Below are positions 10,876-21,182 of a stretch of DNA of 62,843 nt, one piece after another. The stretch comes from Tilletiaria anomala UBC 951. Its lineage: Eukaryota. The stretch spans positions 310,001 through 372,843 of the forward strand of contig NW_013547017.1 in NCBI RefSeq assembly GCF_000711695.1, written 5' to 3'. The position numbers and the translations under genes were made by a program. Every line of letters begins with the position of its first letter. The first letter of the stretch is position 1. The notes below the pieces were generated by a model. That model saw only the letters and a list, made by a program, of their open reading frames with translations, did no database searches and was not told the DNA's origin.

Positions 10876-11898
10876 TTAGAGGATGAAAGGGAACATAGAC
10901 TTCCTCCCCCGTGGGTAGTCCTTGAACTCCTTGCGGTAGTTGCGGTGCTTCTTGAGCGCCCAAATGAGCATTTGGCCCACTGACACGGCGGAGAAAATCA
11001 GTGCTGCCGGGTTCAGCGTCATGACTGTGACCGCTGCCCAAGCAATGCTCTGTTGAAAAGAAACAGATTGGTTCATCAGGTGTAAGCCAGTTGTATCTAT
11101 GACCGGAGCATGAAAAACGGGACGCACCTCGAACAAGTAGTTCGGGCAGCTAACGAGCTCGAAAGCAAAACCCCTTGGGATCTTGCGCTGCTTTGTGCCC
11201 TTGGGTCGAAGGTTGCTGAGCATCATGTGGCAGCGGAGGTTGCACAATTCTGCGATGGCCCATACGCCTACGCAGGCATTCAAGAATCCGTCTTGTGCCT
11301 GAATCGTGCCCTTCACTGCACTTGCCGATGACCAGGGACCGTACACACCACCAGCAAGGAGGAGCCCAGAGAGGACCCAGTAGTGGAAGGAGTTCTTGAA
11401 AATGTTGAACATCGGCATCGTCGCATTCGAAAAGCGGTGGACGAAGAGAGTTTCCAACTCTCGCTTGGCATAGTGAGCAAGCACCATGACGAGCACGTAT
11501 TGTTGCATCTTGGAGTGTTGGAAGTTCTTCCCGTAAATGGCTGGTCCATAGAGATATATGAGAGGATGGATGAAGAGCGGCCCAAAGTATTCGGTTAAGA
11601 ATACTGTCTTCCATGCGATCTGAGGACCGAGGTCTTTCAGTTGGATAGTATCGCCGGGCACAACTCCCCCAGAGTTAAGCTGCTTGTCATCGTCCAGAAG
11701 CGGTTTGTTGTCCGAATTTGTCAAACGCTGGCGAGAGGGAGATAGGTAGCCGACCTTGTCATTGATCGCAGCTTTGAGATCGGCAACCGTGGGCGAATCG
11801 GTTGGCAGCTCGAGCGTCAACGGGAAGACAGATGAGGTGCTCTGCCGACCAGTAGGCTTTTTGCTCGTGCGCTTGACTACAGTCACTTTGAACGTCAT
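10876..11898 (-). CDS. TSC13: Very-long-chain enoyl-CoA reductase
   Basis: Ubiquitin-like N-domain, then LKDLGPQIAWKTVFLTEYFGP, HYAKRELETLFVHRFSNATMP, VSCPNYLFE and KKHRNYRKEFKDYPRGRKSMFPF. One in-frame intron at ~11051-11128. Confidence 0.96.
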   Translation of the reverse strand: MTFKVTVVKRTSKKPTGRQSTSSVFPLTLELPTDSPTVADLKAAINDKVGYLSPSRQRLTNSDNKPLLDDDKQLNSGGVVPGDTIQLKDLGPQIAWKTVFLTEYFGPLFIHPLIYLYGPAIYGKNFQHSKMQQYVLVMVLAHYAKRELETLFVHRFSNATMPMFNIFKNSFHYWVLSGLLLAGGVYGPWSSASAVKGTIQAQDGFLNACVGVWAIAELCNLRCHMMLSNLRPKGTKQRKIPRGFAFELVSCPNYLFEVRPVFHAPVIDTTGLHLMNQSVSFQQSIAWAAVTVMTLNPAALIFSAVSVGQMLIWALKKHRNYRKEFKDYPRGRKSMFPFIL

Positions 11899-12556
11899 TG
11901 CCGATGCTTGATAATGGTCCATAAGCTACTGGAGCGAAATGGCAACTGGCACAAATGGAAGAAAGCTGAACAGACCGATGGATGAATGCCTCCATGACCC
12001 AGGTTCTCATCATCTCTCCTTTGCCTGGCTGGAAGCACCTTCATTTGATTGCCACCGCTTAGGCCGCAGGCCCCCAAAGGTTTGGGGTTCCACGCAATCC
12101 ACCAGTGTTAATCGGTGCAACATGGTCTATGAGTCGTTGGCCATCTATCGACGTGTCCCCAACTCACTGATCTGCACGCTGGTGGCTGGCAATCAAAGAG
12201 GCTCGCATTCAAATCCACCCATCGGGTTCGCTGCTTCGCACATGGCAGTGTCGCCAGATGCCATTGCCGGTTTGTCCTTGGCTATTCAACTAGAGCTCTT
12301 TGTCGCCTTGCTCCCGACGCGAATCTCCGTCATGCGGGCTGGGCCCAATTGGCGTATATATAGGTGTGTGCAATGGCCTGATTGCGAGCTGGAAGGTCTT
12401 GATACAAAGTATGTTACAAGTACACGCTGTGTGGTTAAACAAAAAAAGCATGGCTAAATCCGAATATGGTAAATGTATTGGTGCGGCTGGATGAGTTGGC
12501 ATGGACGGTCGTTGAGAGAGTGTGCGCCGCAGATCGCCCCGTCACAATGGCTCGCT

Positions 12557-14039
12557 TCACTGCGACTTTTTGGTCTTCAAGTTGGCCTTGATGGCAGGAC
12601 CGCCCTCATGCTCACCAACCTGCTTGACTCTGTAGCTCCTGAGGTAGAAGCGCACGAATAGCAGGATGAGCGGAAGCAGGTATACGACGTTGAGCAGCAC
12701 GGCGAAAGCCTGGCCTGTCGAAGCGCAACAGCTGACAGTTCCTGCCTCATTGTGGGTCGCAGCATACAGCAAGCCGTCGCGAAGAAGAATTGAAGGCGTC
12801 GTCGCAGGGACCGCAGTGGAGGAAGAGTGCGAGGCATGGGTCGACGTATTGCTGCTTCCGCTTGCGCTCACAGTGCCGAGGGTGAGGAGGTAGTTGCGCA
12901 TCTGTGCGGTGAAGGAATTGGTATCTCCCAGCGCCGCTGTAACAGTCTCGCTCTTCAACACTTCGCGCAAATTTTGGTAGGATCGGCTGGACAGTATGCC
13001 CTCCAGATCACCGATCGATGGGAGTGCCCCAGATGGGTAGGCGGTGGGAGAGTAGCTCACGAAGAGGGACAGCGAGGCGATGAAGCAGCCGACGACCAGC
13101 TGCGTGATCTGCGCTGTTGTCATGCTCTTCTTCAGGGCACTTGCAAAGGGAAGGCGGAGTGTGGACAGCGTGTAGTAGCTGTACATAAGCGCTACAAAGA
13201 TAGCGCATGATGCGGTGGTCAGCACCGGTGCGAGTACCATTTTGACAGCTGAAAACCAGGCTCACTGTGGATGGCGCCGTTGAACATCGAGAAGATGAAA
13301 ATTGCGCTGCGTAGGGTGGAGTCGATCAGTTTTAAAGGGCCATAGATAGGCTCGTTATTGTTCGATGACACACCTTGCTGAATAACGAACGCCTGACCAC
13401 ATGGCAGCGATAGCGCCAGCGTGGTGGTAGCTCTGGAGATTTGAGACCTTCTTACCCTTCAGGATGAGAATGATGCTATCGAAGATCTCGTAGTATTTGC
13501 CTATAGCAAGAGGATATCGCAAAGTATGCTGTCAGAAGACAGGAGAACCGACATCATGGGTATACAGGAAACTCACTGATGTAGAACCACCAGAGAATAC
13601 CGCCGAGTCCGGTAGGATCATGCGTTGGCACAGTGCAATACGCGTTGCCAAGGCCTTGGAGTCCTCCCTGGGTGGCGCCATGCCAAAAGTAAGGGACGAC
13701 ACGAGTGAATGTACCCCAGAACGCCCATGCCGAGAAGACGGCAAGGGCAGCATTGTGCGCGAGCACCAGGTTGCTCAGGATCTTGCTACCCTTGATGTAG
13801 TCCTTGGGTGGAGGGGCTTCACCGCGTTTATTCTGTGCGATGCGACGCTTGAGGCGACTGTTGGCCGTTTTGGACATGAGCAGGTACAGGGCACCGATGG
13901 CAACGGGCGTCCATGCTGACATGGAAAGCTCGAAGACTTGTCGCGATACGAAGATGCCATGTGGGTATGCCGGGTATGGCTGCGTCGCTAGACGCGAGAT
14001 TGTCGATACGCTAGGAAAATCGAGTGGATACGAAGGCAT
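12557..14039 (-). CDS. Fatty-acid elongase (GNS1/SUR4/ELO family)
   Basis: LAHNAALAVFS; spliced WWFYIS|KYYEIFDSIILILKGKKVSNLQSYHHAG; FNGAIH; LMYSYYTL; TTAQITQLVVG; LFVRFYLRSY; C-terminal KTKKSQ ER-retrieval-like dilysine. Confidence 0.93.
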
Positions 14040-14177
14040 GGTGGCGGCGTGAAGGCACAAACGGGCGCGACTTTCGCCGGTTCTTCGAGCTGCACCTTGG
14101 GAATCAGGCCTGATTAGGTGTGGTAGGATACGAACAAGCTTTGAGATGCGACCTGTATGCCACCTATATGCTCCTAG

Positions 14178-14191
14178 ATATATATATATAT
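14178..14191. repeat. (AT)7 microsatellite / TATA-like tract upstream of the elongase
   Basis: ATATATATATATAT, ~140 bp upstream of the elongase ATG. Confidence 0.7.
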
Positions 14192-15196
14192 GGATGTCCG
14201 ACGTCTGCAGTACATTTCAATGACAAACCCAGCAATGCTGTCCGACGGCCATCAGTGTCCAGCGTGCTCCAAAGCGGATGAGGCCGCAGCGCTAAACGCA
14301 GCTGTAGACTTTGCGACCTGCGACTTTGCATGGGCCCCGAGAACAAAAGGATTCCAATGAATCTAGGCAAAGCGGGAACCGCAAAAGCCGTTTCCCCAAC
14401 ACACCGAAAAAATTCATCCATCATCCGGTGACCGAAGCGCAACTTCGCCCGAGGGCCGATCGGCTCAGAGATCAGTTGTGAGCTTTTGCAGCTGCAGCAG
14501 TGGCACAAAGCGCGGAACAGGAGCTTTTGGTGCCTGAGTGAGCGTTGAATTTAGCTGTGGCTTCTCTCTGCACTTCTCCTCTGGCAGCACAAAGCAGAGC
14601 ACGAATGAGGGCAAATCACAACCCTCTGGAATCCATCGCAGTATTCGTACATGGTACAAGCATATGCTTGCATTTCGATATCAATCACTTGTTGTACGGG
14701 TCACGGTGTCAGCGCTGGTCGCTAGCCCCTGCACTAATGTCTGCAGGAACCTGGAGAGGGCCTGAGAGGTCTGCCTCTGGGATCAAGCGGCCATGCTTGA
14801 TCGTTTGGTTGATGAGCGTGAGCAATGATCCTTTCTACCTTGGGCGTTTTGGGCCCTGAGAGATAGGCGTTGAGATGGGACTTCCTGCCTTTGATGATTG
14901 CTCGTTGGTAGTCTTTGGCAGCTCCCCCATTCGAACGGCCAACAGCCGCCAGCGAGTCGCGCAATGGTGAACAAAGGCTTGGAAAGCTGATGAGGTACTA
15001 GAATACCGGATTGGCAGGTACTGGTTTACATGCACTTATGTGTATATTGTATGTATGCATATGTGAACGGGAGGCTGTCGGTCAAGTGAGCATTCTTGCT
15101 CGTAGCGAAAGAAACCTCCGAACAAACAAAAACTTCATGGCAGAAATGTTGAAAGTTCTAATTGCCGAGGGCCTGCGGAGACCCATGTCATCCATC

Positions 15197-15230
15197 TACA
15201 TACATACATACATACATACATACATACATA
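15197..15230. repeat. (TACA)n tetranucleotide microsatellite
   Basis: About 8.5 perfect TACA units, 80 bp downstream of the Het-C stop codon. Confidence 0.9.
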
Positions 15231-15309
15231 GTTGCAGCACTGCTATAGGCTCCAACGCCTTGCTTGTATGACATTCCAAAACGCCCACAGTTGGACGCAT
15301 AGACGCCTA

Positions 15310-17819
15310 TCAATACCCTCCGCCATACCCGCCTCCATATCCGCCGCCGCTTCCATACCCATGCTGCTGCTGACCCCCATATTCTGGGCCGCCACCGGCG
15401 TGCGGCGGACCAGGTGGGGGAGGCTGCTGGTGGAAGTTGCCTGGTTGCGGGTATCCGGGGTATGCCTGGTCAGGCATGCCGCCGTACTGTGGCTGTGGCA
15501 GCGGTGGGTAGCCCGGCGAAGAGTACGACGGCATCTCCCTCGGCGGCGGGCCTTGAGGCGGCGGGGCATAGTGCGGCTGCTCTTGCGGGAAGCCAGGCGC
15601 ACCGCTGCCGCTACCCTCGGTGCCACCGTAGCCGCCATAGCCATGCGCCCCGCCTCCTTCGCTGCTGTTGCCGCCGAAACCTTCGCTGCGCCCCATCGCG
15701 CGTTCATCCAGATCCCTGCGTCCGAGGAAGCTGGCAGCCTGCGGCGGGATGAAGCCCGATGTCGCCTGCTGCAGCTTGCCACCAAGGTAGTTTTGCGCCT
15801 GCCCGGCCATCATGTGTCCAAAGCCACCGCCTGCACCGCCGGGGATGCTACTCTGATTATTATTGTTGTTGTGATGACCACCACCGCTGCCGCCGCCGTG
15901 TGAGTGCGCCTCTGCCTTGCCCGAACGCGTATTGGTGTGGTTGCGCACATTGTGCTTGTCAAGGCGCCTGATTTCGTTTGGATGCTCGCGCGCCCAGCAC
16001 TCCATGTAGTCCATGATCTCCCTCTGCACGGGTGCCATGTTCTGCGGGTTGAGGTAGAACGGGTGGAACATGGACGCAAGGCACGTGTCCGCCGAGTGCG
16101 TCGCATCCATGCTGTCGTCGTCCCACGCCTTAACCACGAGCTTGGCGGCGGCCCGCGTGGTGATCTGCGCGACGTTACCGGCAACCTCGTTGAGGATAAG
16201 CCCAAAGTGGTCCTTCGAGAGCATGCTGTGCGTCGGATCCGACGCGTTGGGGTTGTCGAACACTTCGTACTGATCCTCGTTGTCAATGATAGCCGAGCTG
16301 CCGGCGTGCAGGCCGCCCAACGCTTGCTGGACAAGCGGCGTGACGAACGGCTCGAGCATGCTGTAGATAAATACGTTGACCGCGTTGCTTATCGTCTCGA
16401 CGAGCGAGTTGAGAACGGGAATGCGGTCGATGGTTGCCTCGATGCTCTTCATTATGCGATCGCGCAGGGAGAGAATGCGCCACAGGTTCTTGTACATCTC
16501 CTGCGGACTCAGCTGCGAAGGGTCTTGCGATGGGCCACGAGAGACGCTCTCGATGTCGCGGCTGACGCTGGCGCCATTGTCGCCGCCCAGACCACCAGGC
16601 ACCTTGCCAAGCACGGATATCAGATTCCCAACCGCATCTCCGCCTTCGCTGCGCGAGCGTTGGGCTTTCGCATTCGACACCTTGTCAGAAAGGTCGGAGA
16701 TAGATGCGCTTGAGAGCTTGTCGGATGCCTCGCCGAGCAGAGAATGCATGAAATCGCTCGAGCCGAACGTGCCAGTCACGAGCGGTGCAATCGGCCCCAT
16801 AGGACTCTGGACACGGACATTGTCCCCAACGTGCAAGAACACATCCCTGTGTCCGAGCTTATAGAGCGCCAGCTCGCAGAAGTCTGCCGAGGGAGCCAAA
16901 CAAAAGTTGAGCTCGGGCGCGGGTGCATGCGAGAAAGGGATAAACTTACTTGAATGTGCGGCAAAATCTTCCAAGGTGTGCAATGCTTGCCCCAGGAGGC
17001 GGTAAGCCTCGAAGAGCTCTTCGTTGCTCCCGCTTCTCCTGGCCCGGCGACCCATCTCGATGGTGCGGATAAGCGTCTTTTTAACGACAGCACTGGTGGT
17101 ATCCCAGGTTCCGGTCTCGTTGGCAATGTAGTTCTTCATGCCACTGCGCGGATCGATCTCCAGCTCACGAGGATCGCAAGGCCCGCGAAGGCGCGAGTCG
17201 AATTGTCGGGCGTCTTTGCCTTCTGCATAGCCTTTGGGATTATCGATGTGCTCTTGCGTCGAGTAGACGGACAGCCGCTCATCGGTGACTTCGAATTCTT
17301 CGGTGACGTAACCAAAAGCGAGGAAGCCTGAAAGCAGAGAGCAAATCCTATTAGGAAAGGGCTTCCGAGGCGCAGATTGAGAGCAAGGTGACCTTACCTA
17401 GAACCATGACGATGTTGAGGATGGTCTGCTTGGAAAGCTTCTCGAGCGCACCGACATCCATCGCTTGCGAGCTAGAGCGAAATCGGCGAGGTGAACGTCA
17501 GCGCGCTATGCAACGACGAAGAGATGTAGAACGGACGCTCGCGCGCTTACTAGTCTCTGAGCCAGTTGCCAAAGTAGACCCGCTTGATGTCAAGGCCGGT
17601 GAACTTGCTGCCACGTCCCAGCAGTCCGCCAGACTTTTTGGCAATCTCTGCGAGGACATCCTCGAGGTCACCATGGCGAAAGGCCTTGCCTTCCAAGTAC
17701 GCCCACGAGGGGATGTTTCCGGCACCAAACGCAGCTGCCTGTTGCAGCGAGCTAAGGGCCACGACTGCGAGGATGGCCAACAGGACTGCGAGGCGTGGAC
17801 GCGAGAGGAGCATCGTCAT
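15310..17819 (-). CDS. Het-C domain protein (heterokaryon incompatibility C / TinC-like) with signal peptide and Gly/Pro/Gln/Tyr-rich tail
   Basis: Signal peptide, then AAAFGAGNIPSWAYLEGKAFRHGDLED, KRVYFGNWLRD, EHIDNPKGYA, GMKNYIANE, RLLGQALHTLEDFAAHS, PLVTGTFG and DPTHSMLSKDHF. Several introns. Confidence 0.93.
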
Positions 17820-17944
17820 CTTGCACGTTGTGCTTGAAGGGAAAGAGGAGGGGGGACGTGCGATCGGGGAGGAGGGATGTGCTGATTCACCGCCCACCCC
17901 GTGCTTGTGCTTTATGAGCGTCTTCCCCAGTTAGAGGTTGCGAG

Positions 17945-17962
17945 GTGTGTGTGTGTGTGTGT
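17945..17962. repeat. (GT)9 microsatellite
   Basis: Perfect GT dinucleotide run upstream of the Het-C gene. Confidence 0.85.
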
Positions 17963-18531
17963 GGGTTGTAGGCTGTGCCGTTGGCCGTCTGTGCTTGTAG
18001 CGTAGCGAAGCGCAGCATTGTGGGGAGAGAGATGATGGTCCGTGTGGCTTGTGCGCGCTGTGGCATCACTGACTCAGCGCTGCCAGCGGGCAAGGCTTTG
18101 TTCCTTTAGGGCAGCGTGCGGGCTGTGCTCAAATTCCGTGTCATTTCCGTGGCTGTGCTGATGAAACATGATCCATCATGCATGTGCCACCCCGGGCCGC
18201 GTGATCTGAAACCCAGTGAAGTGCAGTGGCCCGTGCAAGCAGAGCTATATGAGAAAGAAAAAAAAGCACAATTCTCTCCCCCCAAATTAGGGTTGTGAGA
18301 CTCATCCTAAAATCTGTATAAGCTGGCCTGTAAGTGGAGATGCCATGGGGACAACGAGTTTGAACTTCGAGCGTATCTGGCACCACCCCTCCTGCCCGCG
18401 CGAGTGGCGACCTGCGAGCTGCATCGGACAGGAGATGGTTGCTCTGTTGCATCTGCGCTGCACGACTGCAGGGGCCACGCAGCGACCAGCGATGCAGCTT
18501 GCGGGAAAGTGCGACAGCGGTCGGCTGAACC

Positions 18532-21018
18532 ATGCAGAGCGATGACCACCGGCCAGCAAGCCGTGATGCCTCATGCGACCTGCTACCGACAGGCAAGCGA
18601 GACCATCATGATGTAGTCGGCGTCGAGCCCGACTTGGATTCTGGGATCCCGAATGATTCTGTAACGCGGCGCATTCGACCTCCCATCCTCCCGCCGGAGA
18701 TTCTGCATGACATCCTTCTTCTCGCCTGCGACCTCGATCCACGCATCCCTCACACGCTTGCCTACGTCTCACACGCCGTCTGCGCCCTCACCGCACCGGC
18801 GCGCTTCAAGACGGTCGTCTTGACGTCCGAGGCGTCATTAGCGTCCTTCTGGCTGTTGCTTCAGCTGCATAATGTCACGCGCCTCGTGTGCGACGAATGG
18901 GCCCTCCCAACCGCGTTCGCCGACGCCCTTACAGTCCGAGCCACCGAGGTCGAGGCGCAACTGCAGCTGGGCAACGATGCTGCAACCCGGGCGGTGCTGA
19001 TGCAGCAATTTGGATGTACCATCAACCCAAAGGAACGCTGGAGCAGCATTGACTGTGGTCCTCGTCGTAATGACGCCTCGCGGTATCAAGGTATCGAGCC
19101 GCTTTACCCCGAACGGCCAAGCGAGACCCAACAGCTTGATGCGGCAGATAGTACCCAGCGACGGTACAAGTATCTCTCTTATCCAACAGAGAAGCCACTG
19201 TCTCAATATATCGAAAATCTTCTCATCGACCTGGACCCATGTACCATTCCGGAACCGACGCCGCTCCCGTCGGATGCTCGGCTGCAGGACCAAGACGACG
19301 CGGACGAGGCGCCAGACCTCTTCCCTGCGCCCCGCACCCAAGGGGGCCAGCAGCAACGAGGCAACATCCTCATGCTCACCGACGAGCTGGACACGCTGCG
19401 CGAGCGCATCGCCTCGCACCTCTCGCTGATCCTGCAGCTCGTGTACAACGCGCCGTGGCATCTGGTGCAGAAAGTGCGTCAGCTACCCGTGCGCCACGGA
19501 CACCGGCTTTGTCACATGCTTGAGCATGTGCCCAACGTGCAGCGCCTCTCTCTCGGTGGGATGGAGCTACAGGCGTTCAGTGGTTGCTTCAGCGCACGCG
19601 AGCTGTGCCCCCGAGAGCTCACGCTGGTCCACAATGGTGACGACGAGAGTCTGGATATGCTCGTCAAGAGCTTTGGCGGCGCAGCTGAGGAGGTGAGCGT
19701 GTTGGAAGAGAAGGCATCCTCGCATTCGATGCGCACTCGCTCTGGAGAGAGTTTCCCTGCAAAGCAACGGCAGACAGGACCCGCATACATCCTCCCAGGT
19801 ATACGCCAACGCCTTGAGAAGCTGCACGTGATCGGCATCGACCCGCGCTCGCCCTTGACGGGTGTCTCGGTCCCCTTTCCGCAGTTCTACGCGCTTCGAG
19901 CCGGCGCCATCATGCCCGGCTCGTACATCGAAGCGTGCATAGAAGCTGAAGAGACGTTCGCAAAATCTCAAAAGGCGTGTATGGCCATGCTTTTCGATCA
20001 CCTCCAGAAGAGTGGCTGCGCTATCGAGCCGGAGCGACTGGCATGCATGAGTGAAGACGAGCTCAAGAAGCTCGGGTTCCCAGCAGTGCTTTGTCGTGGT
20101 GTCGATGAGGATGTGCACAGCAGCGACCTACTCGCGACGTGGCGACGCGTCGCGCCGCGCTCCCTCTCGCGCGCCCGACATCTGCAGTGTCTGTCTCCAG
20201 AGGACATCAGCAAGGGCGTGCGGTACTTGCGCTACGACACGCCCAAATTCAGCCTGCGACCCGTCGAGGTAATTGGGTCGAAGTTGCGCTACTTTATCCA
20301 AGAGCTCTGCGATAGCGCCAACATCATGAATGTCGCAGGACAGAGCGGCACCGTCACAAGGGGCGAGTGCAGCGCGCAGGACGCAGTGCGAGCATGGGGC
20401 GCTGGCACATTCGTCAAGCTTCAACTGGCCTGGCAAACGGCGCAAGGCTCTGCCATGCCAAACGCGACGAGCGCCGCTCATCGCTCGCGCTTCTCCTCTT
20501 TTGTCCCCTTCGCCTTCTCCTCCTCATCGACCATACCGTCTAATGGCATATCTGGCGCCCACAGTGCCGCTGGCGGCTGGCCAAGGGAGGTGAAAGATGT
20601 GTGGACCGAACGCACCGACCGGGATCTGCCTCTCTCGTTCGGGCACGAGCTTGTCGAGGCTGTGCGACAGGCGTTTGGCTGGGCCAAGCCACCGCAGTGG
20701 GAGAGCTCGTTCCTCTCCAGCCTGCGCCAGGGCGACTCGCCAACGATCAGAGCGCACGCCGCAAATCTCGGACCACTCATCGACCGCATCATGGGAGAGT
20801 TCTCTGTAGCTGATGGCAGCGCTGTTAATGGTTTCGCGAGCGTAATGGGAGATTATCAGGGCGGCGGCGGCGGGCGCATCCCAGCCGACTTCAGCACCTT
20901 TGAGCTGCGCCGGCCTTCCGAGTTCATGCGCTTTGAAGGCTCAGCTGCGTTCGAAAAGGAGGAACGGATCCGGCTCTTCCTAGACTCAGCTGCAGGTGGC
21001 AAAGGCGCGTGGTCCTGA
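18532..21018 (+). CDS. Hypothetical 828-aa protein with an N-terminal F-box-like motif
   Basis: Long uninterrupted ORF. ILPPEILHDILLLAC...LAYVSHAVCALTAPARFKTVVL resembles a fungal F-box, and the LRR-like VPNVQRLSL and LEKLHVIG segments follow. Confidence 0.7.
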   Translation: MQSDDHRPASRDASCDLLPTGKRDHHDVVGVEPDLDSGIPNDSVTRRIRPPILPPEILHDILLLACDLDPRIPHTLAYVSHAVCALTAPARFKTVVLTSEASLASFWLLLQLHNVTRLVCDEWALPTAFADALTVRATEVEAQLQLGNDAATRAVLMQQFGCTINPKERWSSIDCGPRRNDASRYQGIEPLYPERPSETQQLDAADSTQRRYKYLSYPTEKPLSQYIENLLIDLDPCTIPEPTPLPSDARLQDQDDADEAPDLFPAPRTQGGQQQRGNILMLTDELDTLRERIASHLSLILQLVYNAPWHLVQKVRQLPVRHGHRLCHMLEHVPNVQRLSLGGMELQAFSGCFSARELCPRELTLVHNGDDESLDMLVKSFGGAAEEVSVLEEKASSHSMRTRSGESFPAKQRQTGPAYILPGIRQRLEKLHVIGIDPRSPLTGVSVPFPQFYALRAGAIMPGSYIEACIEAEETFAKSQKACMAMLFDHLQKSGCAIEPERLACMSEDELKKLGFPAVLCRGVDEDVHSSDLLATWRRVAPRSLSRARHLQCLSPEDISKGVRYLRYDTPKFSLRPVEVIGSKLRYFIQELCDSANIMNVAGQSGTVTRGECSAQDAVRAWGAGTFVKLQLAWQTAQGSAMPNATSAAHRSRFSSFVPFAFSSSSTIPSNGISGAHSAAGGWPREVKDVWTERTDRDLPLSFGHELVEAVRQAFGWAKPPQWESSFLSSLRQGDSPTIRAHAANLGPLIDRIMGEFSVADGSAVNGFASVMGDYQGGGGGRIPADFSTFELRRPSEFMRFEGSAAFEKEERIRLFLDSAAGGKGAWS

Positions 21019-21182
21019 CAATGTGTCCACCTTCTGCCCACGTCTCTGTCAGGAGAACGAGCGATGATGAGCAAAACTGATATTACTGCAGAGTCAGCCC
21101 GGTGTCCTCGGACACCCTTGTACATTATAAACGATATGCACCGTCGCCATCGTAGAAGCTAACTGATAATGAACACGATGTA

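Noticed and set aside
15232..16864. Several 160-270 aa plus-strand ORFs
   Set aside because: Antisense shadows of the GC-rich Het-C coding sequence, with no independent motifs.
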